A stretch of 64,000 bases of DNA from Prochlorococcus sp. AG-347-I19 (GTDB taxonomy: Bacteria > Cyanobacteriota > Cyanobacteriia > PCC-6307 > Cyanobiaceae), in assembly GCA_003279105.1 (NCBI GenBank), contig QCBO01000002.1, forward strand, positions 40,770-104,769. Direction: 5' to 3'. The notes under the pieces were generated by a model, which saw nothing but the letters and a program-made list of their open reading frames with translations, searched no databases and was not told where the DNA came from. This document shows, piece by piece, positions 11,692-19,211 of the stretch; position 1 is the stretch's first letter; every line of letters begins with the position of its first letter. A program made the position numbers and the translations under genes.

Positions 11692-12783
11692 ATGTCTAAA
11701 AAAAATAATTTATTAGTTGCAGCAAGTGGTACAGGGGGCCATATTTTTCCAGCCTTAGCAGTTTCTAAAGAGGTGGAAGATGAATGGAATATTCATTGGT
11801 TGGGTGTTAGTCAAAGACTTGATGAAAATTTAATTCCCGAAAAATACAATTTGAGGACTTTAAATATAAAGACACCAAGAAAAAATATTTTTTTGTTTTA
11901 TCAATATATAGAAATTTTAATGTCAACTTTTCAAATAATAAGGATCTTAAAAGAAAAAAAAATTAACTTAGTTTTTGCGACTGGCGGTTATATATCAGCA
12001 CCTACTATTGTTGCTTCAAAACTTCTAGGGATACCTATCATTATTCATGAATCAAATGTAATTCCAGGAATGGTCACGAAATATTTTGGTTTTTTATGTA
12101 ACTATGTTCTTTTAGGATTTAAGGAAACAAATTCTTATTTGAAAAATTGTAAAACTATTTTCACTGGAACACCTTTAAGAGATCAATTCTATAAATTTAA
12201 TTTTTTACCAGAATGGGTTCCAAAAGGAAATGGACCTCTTTTGATTGTTATGGGAGGTAGTCAAGGAGCAAAAGCTATAAATCAAATTCTTTATGAATCT
12301 CTAGAATTTTTAATAAAAAAACAATTTCGGATAGTTCATATTGTTGGCGAATATAATCTAAAATCTTTTGATGTAAAAAAATCCAGAAATTATATTCAAA
12401 AGAAATTTACTAATGAAATGGCAGCTTTAATTCAAAACTGTGATCTTGTAATATCGAGATCTGGTGCAGGAACAATCAATGAATTAATGGAGGCTGAAAA
12501 ACCTTCAATTTTAATTCCATATCCAGATTCTAAAAATAATCATCAGGAGAAAAATGCCATGATTCTTGCTGCAAGTGGAGGTTCAGTTTTAATAAATCAG
12601 AATAAAATGTCTAAAGAAGTTTTTGAAGAAACTCTAGAGAGAATTTTTAAAATAAAATCAAAAAAGGGGAAAAAACATTATGAAATATTAGATCTCATGA
12701 AGAAGAATATGGAAAATAATAATAAAATTAAATCTAAAAATGAGATTAAAAAGTATATTGATTATTTTTTAAAGGAATTCTGA
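11692..12783 (+). CDS. murG: UDP-GlcNAc:lipid I transferase MurG
   Basis: ASGTGGHIFP, TGGYIS, HESNVIPG, GGSQGA, SRSGAGT, HQEKNA. Confidence 0.96.
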   Translation: MSKKNNLLVAASGTGGHIFPALAVSKEVEDEWNIHWLGVSQRLDENLIPEKYNLRTLNIKTPRKNIFLFYQYIEILMSTFQIIRILKEKKINLVFATGGYISAPTIVASKLLGIPIIIHESNVIPGMVTKYFGFLCNYVLLGFKETNSYLKNCKTIFTGTPLRDQFYKFNFLPEWVPKGNGPLLIVMGGSQGAKAINQILYESLEFLIKKQFRIVHIVGEYNLKSFDVKKSRNYIQKKFTNEMAALIQNCDLVISRSGAGTINELMEAEKPSILIPYPDSKNNHQEKNAMILAASGGSVLINQNKMSKEVFEETLERIFKIKSKKGKKHYEILDLMKKNMENNNKIKSKNEIKKYIDYFLKEF

Positions 12784-13883
12784 ATTTCTTCACATAAAAG
12801 AGTGTTATTTTTTCTATTCTGCAGACTTATTCTTGCCCACTTTTCGTCAAGAAATCTAAATGAAGTGCATTCTCTAAGCAATATTCCCTTATTTTCTAAG
12901 TATTTTAAATTTGGGGACAAGGATGTTTCACTTTCTATTAAAAAAAAGTTGGTTGAAGAGTTATGAATTTTAAGGTTATCTATTTTTAATAATTTTTCAA
13001 ATACTCTCTTTTTTTCAATATTTATCCAGCTGTGAATCTGTTTTGTCCACTGTTCATAGAATTTCTTATTACTTAGTAGATCAATTCCCGCTTTAATAGA
13101 AAATGAATTTAAAGGCCAAGGATCTCTATTAATTTCCCACTGTTTAAGTTTTTTCGATGAGCCAATAACGTAACCTAATCTAAGACCAGGAATATTGAAG
13201 ATTTTGGTCAAGCTTCTCAAGACTAATAAATTATCAAATCTTTTGGTTAATGGTATTAAAGATTCTTTGTCGCCATTAGGTGTTATCGATAAAAAAGCTT
13301 CATCGCAGATAACTAATTTATATTTTTTCACAACTTCCTCCAATGAATTTTTTTCCCATAATTGGCCGGTAGGGTTATGTGGATTTGTTATCCAAATAAC
13401 ATCACCTTTTGGATGAAGCGGAAATGATTGAGGAAAAATATCATTCCAGTTTTTTGGTAATTCGCAATGTATAAAATTGCTATTCCAACAATTTAAAGAT
13501 CTTTCATAATCAACAAATGATGGAGAAGGAATACAACTTATTCCGAATTTGGATGCTTCATAACCTGCCCAGGTTATTAATTCAGAAGCTCCATTCCCAG
13601 GCAATATATTGTCTGGATTTATCCCATGAAATTTGCCGATTATTTCTTTCAGATCACTCAATTTTCTTTCTGGGTAATATCTAAAGCCAAGATTCTTAAT
13701 TTCCGCATTTATTGAATCTAATATTATTTGAGGGGGATCAAAGGGTACTAGTGATGCACTTGCATCAATGATTTCGGATGGTAATAAATTTAATTTTTTC
13801 GCAATTGCATATACATTTCCACCGTGCTTCAAGTTTGATCCTTGCATGGCTAAAGTTGAGTAATCATGAGGTTCATTATTCAT
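12762..13883 (-). CDS. PLP-dependent L-threonine-O-3-phosphate decarboxylase (CobD/CobC-like, class I/II aminotransferase fold)
   Basis: HGGN, DASASLVP, PGNGASELI, NPHNPTG, DEAF, RSLTKIFNIPGLRLGY (PLP lysine). Confidence 0.8.
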   Translation of the reverse strand: MNNEPHDYSTLAMQGSNLKHGGNVYAIAKKLNLLPSEIIDASASLVPFDPPQIILDSINAEIKNLGFRYYPERKLSDLKEIIGKFHGINPDNILPGNGASELITWAGYEASKFGISCIPSPSFVDYERSLNCWNSNFIHCELPKNWNDIFPQSFPLHPKGDVIWITNPHNPTGQLWEKNSLEEVVKKYKLVICDEAFLSITPNGDKESLIPLTKRFDNLLVLRSLTKIFNIPGLRLGYVIGSSKKLKQWEINRDPWPLNSFSIKAGIDLLSNKKFYEQWTKQIHSWINIEKKRVFEKLLKIDNLKIHNSSTNFFLIESETSLSPNLKYLENKGILLRECTSFRFLDEKWARISLQNRKNNTLLCEEIQNSFKK

Positions 13884-13892
13884 TCTCTAATT

Positions 13893-15062
13893 TTATTCAA
13901 CCCATTTTAAATCTGATCCAATTGCATCTTTTATACTAGATAATTGATGGTTATTGAGTTGCTTAATAATTCCCTCAAGTATATCTGGTACTAATTGTGG
14001 ACCCTTATATATCCATCCTGTATAAAGTTGAATTAATGATGCTCCAGAACAAATTCTTTCCCAAGCTGACTCAGGACTATCTATTCCACCAACTCCAATT
14101 AAAATAATCTTTTTATCAATATTATGTATGTGTTTTATTATTTGATTTGCTTTTTTTTGGAGAGGCCTTCCACTTAATCCTCCATTCTCTTGAGAGAGTA
14201 ATAATCCAGTTTGCCTGATCTTTCTATTTTCAAGACCTAATCTATCAATGCTGGTGTTTGTAGCAATTATTCCATCGATGTTTTCCTCGATTATTAATTG
14301 GCAAATATCTTCAATCTCTTTAAGGCCTAAATCTGGCGCAATTTTTACAAATAATGGTGGACAATTAGGTAAGTTTTTAATTTCTCTAAGAAGTTCTTTT
14401 AGAAGAATTGGATCTTGTAATTTTCTTAGTCCTTCAGTATTGGGAGAACTAACGTTTATTGCTGCGTAATCACAATATGGAATTAATAATTTTAGAGAAG
14501 TTAAATAATCATCTTTTGCTTGAGATAAACCTGTAATTTTTGACTTCCCGAAATTTATCCCTAAACAAATATTCTCCCTGTTTTTTTTAAACTCAATACC
14601 TTGTTCGACAAAGTTTTTAACTAGATTTTCAGCACCATTATTATTGAAACCCATTCTATTTAATGCTGCTTCTTCTTCTGCCAATCTAAATAACCTTGGT
14701 TTGGGATTTCCATTCTGGGCAAATTTTGTTACTGTACCGAGCTCAGCAAATCCAAAACCAAAATCTTTCCATATGTTTGCGGCATTTCCATTTTTGTCAA
14801 AACCCGCAGCTAAACCAATTGGATTACAAAAATTTATTCCACATATGTTCTGAGTTAGCCTTTTATCAACTAAAGAAAATTCTTCATTTAGATTTTTTAG
14901 GATTGATGAAACTAAAGGCCAATTATACTTTTTTGAACTAAATGATAGAAGGCTAAGCGATAAATTAGTTAAATATTCTGCATCTATTCCAGAATCATTT
15001 TTTAGTATAGGATTCATCAAGTTTTTATAAAGATTTTTAAATAACCCCTTTTGTTTATTCAT
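13893..15062 (-). CDS. pyrD: Quinone-dependent dihydroorotate dehydrogenase
   Basis: NPIGLAAGFDKN, GNPKPRLFRL, NRMGFNN, NVSSPNT, KIAPDL, GGLSG. Confidence 0.96.
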   Translation of the reverse strand: MNKQKGLFKNLYKNLMNPILKNDSGIDAEYLTNLSLSLLSFSSKKYNWPLVSSILKNLNEEFSLVDKRLTQNICGINFCNPIGLAAGFDKNGNAANIWKDFGFGFAELGTVTKFAQNGNPKPRLFRLAEEEAALNRMGFNNNGAENLVKNFVEQGIEFKKNRENICLGINFGKSKITGLSQAKDDYLTSLKLLIPYCDYAAINVSSPNTEGLRKLQDPILLKELLREIKNLPNCPPLFVKIAPDLGLKEIEDICQLIIEENIDGIIATNTSIDRLGLENRKIRQTGLLLSQENGGLSGRPLQKKANQIIKHIHNIDKKIILIGVGGIDSPESAWERICSGASLIQLYTGWIYKGPQLVPDILEGIIKQLNNHQLSSIKDAIGSDLKWVE

Positions 15063-15068
15063 AAAAAA

Positions 15069-15788
15069 TTAGGATTCTTTTTTTTCTATTATCCAATATT
15101 TTTTATCTTTAGGAATCAATCTCCAATTACGCCATTCAAAAATTAAATATTGTTTTATCTTTTCGTGGTTTTCTTCACCTAATAAATTACTTAGTTCTAG
15201 TGAATTTAATAAATACTTTTTGTCAGCAAATTTTTGAATTAATTCATTTCTTGAAAATAATTCCTGAATTTCTGAAGGTGCATTTTTTTTAAAAAATCCT
15301 ACTGAAGATTTGGACTCTTTTAAGTTACTTTTTAGAGATATACCTTTACTATAATTGGTCGCGATTTTATCTACTCTATCATTTTGTTTGTCACCGCTAT
15401 GGCCTTTAACATATTCCATTACAAGACCATTAATTCTCAATTGGTCAATTTTTTGCCATAAATCAAGATTTTGAACTGATTTTCCTGAGCTTGTTTTCCA
15501 TCCATTTCTCTTCCAATTAATAATCCATTTTGTATACCCTTCAATAACATATTTACTATCAGTTCTTAATTTAAAGTTTTCTTTTAATTTATATGTTTTT
15601 AATTTCTCTAGTGTTTTTATAGCCGCAGTTAGTTCCATTCTATTATTGGTAGTATTTTGCTCGGAACCACCTATTTCTAATTCACTTTTGTCGTCAAAAA
15701 TAATTAGTCCACCCCAACCACCTGGACCTGGATTACCACTGCAGGCTCCGTCAGTTGCAGCTTCAATTGCAATACTATCAATATTCAT
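15069..15788 (-). CDS. rnhA: Ribonuclease HI with a C-terminal extension
   Basis: TDGACSGNPGPGGWG, TTNNRMEL, TDSKYV, NLDLWQ, VKGHSG..ND.VD; about 85 extra C-terminal residues. Confidence 0.93.
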   Translation of the reverse strand: MNIDSIAIEAATDGACSGNPGPGGWGGLIIFDDKSELEIGGSEQNTTNNRMELTAAIKTLEKLKTYKLKENFKLRTDSKYVIEGYTKWIINWKRNGWKTSSGKSVQNLDLWQKIDQLRINGLVMEYVKGHSGDKQNDRVDKIATNYSKGISLKSNLKESKSSVGFFKKNAPSEIQELFSRNELIQKFADKKYLLNSLELSNLLGEENHEKIKQYLIFEWRNWRLIPKDKKYWIIEKKES

Positions 15789-15835
15789 AATTTTTGAAGC
15801 CGATATAAAGTCTATCGGCTTGAAAAAATATTCTC

Positions 15836-16231
15836 TTACTTAAGTGTAACTTTACCTCCAGCTTCTTCAATCTCTTTCTTTAAAGATTCAGCATCTGCTT
15901 TAGCAATTCCTTCTTTTACTGTTTTTGGTGCAGATTCAACAAGTGCTTTTGCATCGCCAAGACCTAGACCAGTTGCATTTCTTACAACCTTGAGTACTTT
16001 AATTTTTGCAGCTGCATCAAAGCTTTCGAGAACTACATCAAATTCAGTTTTTTCTTCTGCAGCTCCACCATCTGCGTCACCGCCAGCTGCTCCTGGAGCT
16101 GCCATTACTACACCTGCAGAAGCTGCAGCAGATACACCAAAAGCCTCTTCAATTTGCTTTACAAGCTCTGATGCTTCTAAAAGTGATAAGGATTTTAATG
16201 ATTCAAGAATTTCTTCAGTTTTTGCGGACAT
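15836..16231 (-). CDS. rplL: 50S ribosomal protein L7/L12
   Basis: [25 protein letters not shown]. Confidence 0.99.
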
Positions 16232-16259
16232 TTTCTTAAAAGTTAATTAGGTTTTGAAT

Positions 16260-16787
16260 TTAAGATTCTGATTTTTCAGAATGTTGTTTAAGTGATCTAG
16301 CAAGTCCAGAAGGGACTTCATTAATAGAGATCGCAATTTTTGTTGCAACGCCATTAAGAGCGCCAGCAATTTTTGCCATCAATACTTCTTTAGATGGAAG
16401 ACTTGCAATTTCTTTTATTTCAGAATCGCTTAGAAGTCTACCTTCAAATAAAGCTCCTTTGGTTTCGGATTTTTTGGTGTCTTTTTGAAAAGATTGGATA
16501 GCTTTTACAGCACCACCAACATCTTCTTTGATTAAGACAAAAGCATTTGTTCCGGTCAGTAAAGATTCAAGATCGTTCCAATTACTATCTCCATCAATAG
16601 CTTTACGCATTAATGAATTTTTAGTAACTTTGCAAATGCCGTTAGTTGTTTGCAATCTAGATCGCAAATCTGACATCTCTTTAATAGTTAAACCTTTATA
16701 GTCAAGAACTACAGCCATTTCCGAGTCGTTTAGTAGAGATTTAATCTCAGTAACGATTTGTTGCTTATTCTCTAGTGTTCGGCCCAT
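16260..16787 (-). CDS. rplJ: 50S ribosomal protein L10
   Basis: [37 protein letters not shown]. Confidence 0.97.
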   Translation of the reverse strand: MGRTLENKQQIVTEIKSLLNDSEMAVVLDYKGLTIKEMSDLRSRLQTTNGICKVTKNSLMRKAIDGDSNWNDLESLLTGTNAFVLIKEDVGGAVKAIQSFQKDTKKSETKGALFEGRLLSDSEIKEIASLPSKEVLMAKIAGALNGVATKIAISINEVPSGLARSLKQHSEKSES

Positions 16788-16879
16788 TGATGTTTTTTGG
16801 ATCGTAATTTAGGGAGAGCAGGAAATGCGGCAAAGTCCTTTTAAAGAGGCCGCTTTTATTAGATCCAAAAAGAAATAAT

Positions 16880-16945
16880 TTAAGACGAGTCCTCGGTAGG
16901 ATTTAAAAATTTAGAAAAACTAAATCAACCTACTTTCTTTGGCCG
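16880..16945 (-). promoter_or_regulatory. L10 leader (rplJ autoregulatory RNA)
   Basis: Minus strand reads CCAAAGAAAGTAGGTTG...AAATCCTACCGAGGACTCGTCTTAA, with GTAGG/CCTAC pairing typical of the L10 leader, in the rplA-rplJ spacer. A GCGGC/GCCGC hairpin follows at about 16827-16853. Confidence 0.65.
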
Positions 16946-16977
16946 TATTATTGCACTTTAAATTATACTACAAAGGG

Positions 16978-17685
16978 TTAACCTTCTGGTTGGTAATCTT
17001 GTACAGCATTTATGTCTAATTGAACTGAAGGCCCCATTGTTGAAGTTACATAAAAAGTTTTCCAATACTTTCCCTTAGCTCCACTTGGTTTATTTTTATC
17101 AATTGATTCTTGTAAGGTTTTTAAGTTGTCAAATAGAGCCTCTTTTGTGAAACTTGCTTTTCCAAAGCGGACATGAACGATTCCAGCCTTATCTGCTCTG
17201 AATTCGAGCTTACCAGCTTTAAATTCTTTTATGGCATTAGTAATGTCATTAGTTACTGTCCCAGCTTTAGGATTAGGCATTAAACCTCTAGGTCCTAAAA
17301 CTCTTCCTAATTTTGCAACCTTTGGCATCATATCTGGAGTTGCAATAAGTAGATCAAACTCCATATTTCCTTTGTTGATGCTTTCTACAAGATCTTCTTC
17401 GCCAAACAAATCTGCACCAGCAGCTTTAGCTTTCGATACATTTTCACCGCTTGTAATTACTGCAATTTTGATGCTTTGGCCAGTACCATGTGGTAATGCA
17501 ACAGTGGTCCTTAATTGTTGATCGGTATATTTTGGATCAATACCTAAACGTATATGTGCTTCAATAGTTTCATCAAATTTTGCATTAGCATTGTCCTTGA
17601 TAATGCTAAGAGCTTCAAGCGGTGCGTAAATACGATCTTCTATCTTTGTTGATAGAGCCGCCATTCTTTTGGATAGTTTTTTCAT
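16978..17685 (-). CDS. rplA: 50S ribosomal protein L1
   Basis: [34 protein letters not shown]. Confidence 0.99.
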   Translation of the reverse strand: MKKLSKRMAALSTKIEDRIYAPLEALSIIKDNANAKFDETIEAHIRLGIDPKYTDQQLRTTVALPHGTGQSIKIAVITSGENVSKAKAAGADLFGEEDLVESINKGNMEFDLLIATPDMMPKVAKLGRVLGPRGLMPNPKAGTVTNDITNAIKEFKAGKLEFRADKAGIVHVRFGKASFTKEALFDNLKTLQESIDKNKPSGAKGKYWKTFYVTSTMGPSVQLDINAVQDYQPEG

Positions 17686-17694
17686 AATAATATT

Positions 17695-17724
17695 GGGTGC
17701 AAATGGTTATTAACTAACCTCCCC
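17695..17724 (-). promoter_or_regulatory. L1-binding autoregulatory mRNA site upstream of rplA
   Basis: Minus strand: GGG-GA-GGTTA-gttaa-TAACC-ATTTGCA-CCC. This is the same two-helix, asymmetric-loop layout as the E. coli L1 operator, and it ends 9 nt before the rplA ATG. Confidence 0.7.
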
Positions 17725-17751
17725 TAAATAGTGAGAAATTTTGTATTGAAC

Positions 17752-18177
17752 TTAATCAGTGATAGAGACGCCCATATTACGAGCAGTACCCTCAATTACT
17801 TTCATTGCTGATTCAACACTAGAACAGTTTAGATCAGGAAGCTTAGTTTTGGCTATTTCTTCTAATTGAGCTTTACTTATATTTCCAACAGAGCCTTTTG
17901 CGGATTCACCTGATCCTTTCTCTATACCAGCTGCTTTTGTTATTAAGACGGCAGCAGGAGGTGTTTTTGTGATAAAAGTAAAGCTTCTATCTTCAAAAAC
18001 AGAAATCTCGACTGGAATTACAAAACCTGCTTTATCTTGTGTTCTTGCGTTGTATTCTTTGCAAAATGCCATGATATTGACACCATGTTGGCCTAAAGCT
18101 GGCCCTACAGGAGGAGCAGGATTTGCTTTGCCTGCTTGAAGAGCAAGTTTGATAACTGCAACAATTTTTTTTGCCAT
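17752..18177 (-). CDS. rplK: 50S ribosomal protein L11
   Basis: [35 protein letters not shown]. Confidence 0.99.
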   Translation of the reverse strand: MAKKIVAVIKLALQAGKANPAPPVGPALGQHGVNIMAFCKEYNARTQDKAGFVIPVEISVFEDRSFTFITKTPPAAVLITKAAGIEKGSGESAKGSVGNISKAQLEEIAKTKLPDLNCSSVESAMKVIEGTARNMGVSITD

Positions 18178-18244
18178 TAGATTAGAAAATTTAAGCTGAA
18201 GTAGAAAATCATAATTTTACTCGATAAACAAGAACTATTAGAAA

Positions 18245-18856
18245 TTAATTTTGTTTATTGATTTGCGAGAATTCTAATTCTACAGGAGTCTCGCGCCCAA
18301 ATATTGAAAGTAATGCTTTTAATTTATTTCTTTCTCCTGAAACTTCTATTACTTCTCCTTGGAAATCCTTGAATGGACCACTAGTTACAATGATTCTATC
18401 TTTTTCTTCAATATCTAATTTGATTACAGCTTTTTTCTCTGATGCGCGTTTAAAGATTCTATTAACTTCTTGTCTTGATAATGGTCTAGGTTTGATATGA
18501 CCTCTCGATCTTCCGCTGCCTCTTCCGTCTTCAGCACCGACAAAATTAATTACATTTGGAGTACTTTTAACAGCCATCATTGTATCTTCATCCAAAATCA
18601 TTCTTACGAGGACATAACCTGGGAAAACTTTTTCTTCAGTAGTTTGTCTGCTTCCATCTTTTTTTAATTTAATTCCTGGAGTTTGGGGAATTTCAATTTC
18701 AATGATTCGATTATTAACACCTAAAGTTACTGATCTCTGTTCAAGAGTCGCTTTTACTTTTTTTTCACAGCTTGATGCTACTTGAATTGCATACCATCTT
18801 GCGATGCTTGTATTTGCTTTTGAAGAAGCAAGGCTTGTAGTTAATTCGTTACTCAT
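18245..18856 (-). CDS. nusG: Transcription elongation factor NusG
   Basis: WYAIQVASSCEKKV, KVFPGYVLV, KOW motif (GPFKDFQG), SIFGRETPVEL. Confidence 0.97.
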   Translation of the reverse strand: MSNELTTSLASSKANTSIARWYAIQVASSCEKKVKATLEQRSVTLGVNNRIIEIEIPQTPGIKLKKDGSRQTTEEKVFPGYVLVRMILDEDTMMAVKSTPNVINFVGAEDGRGSGRSRGHIKPRPLSRQEVNRIFKRASEKKAVIKLDIEEKDRIIVTSGPFKDFQGEVIEVSGERNKLKALLSIFGRETPVELEFSQINKQN

Positions 18857-18907
18857 TTTTCTAGAAGCTTAATTAAGATCTTTGTTAATGGATATTTGGG
18901 AGATAAT

Positions 18908-19150
18908 TCAACCAAAAATTTGCGAGGCTGCCCATCCATAGAATCTGCTAACAGAAGCAATGGCTGCAGCAGAAAACGATACCATAATTATAACTGCTAC
19001 TGATTCGCTAAAAAGTTGTTGTTTGTTAGGCCACACGACAAGTTTAAGCTCATCGTAGGTTGATCTAAAAAAATTATTCTTTTTTTTAGGCTCTTCAACT
19101 TCAGTTGAATCTTTTTTTAGAGGTTCTTTATTAGTAATAGGACTTGTCAC
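18908..19150 (-). CDS. secE: Preprotein translocase subunit SecE
   Basis: ELKLVVWP followed by one TM helix; immediately upstream of nusG. Confidence 0.93.
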   Translation of the reverse strand: MTSPITNKEPLKKDSTEVEEPKKKNNFFRSTYDELKLVVWPNKQQLFSESVAVIIMVSFSAAAIASVSRFYGWAASQIFG

Positions 19151-19211
19151 AAATTTTTTTTTGAAATTAAGCTTTACGCTTTAATTTTATTTTAGCTTAT
19201 TGATTTACTCC

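Noticed and set aside
12762-12783. Short 3'-3' overlaps of convergent genes (murG/cobD-like 22 nt; ABC ATPase/rluD 8 nt; ileS/hypothetical 4 nt)
   Set aside because: Common in streamlined genomes; no evidence of a special function from sequence alone.
19151-19211. Expected tRNA-Trp upstream of secE
   Set aside because: The spacer is only 61 nt and has no tRNA structure.
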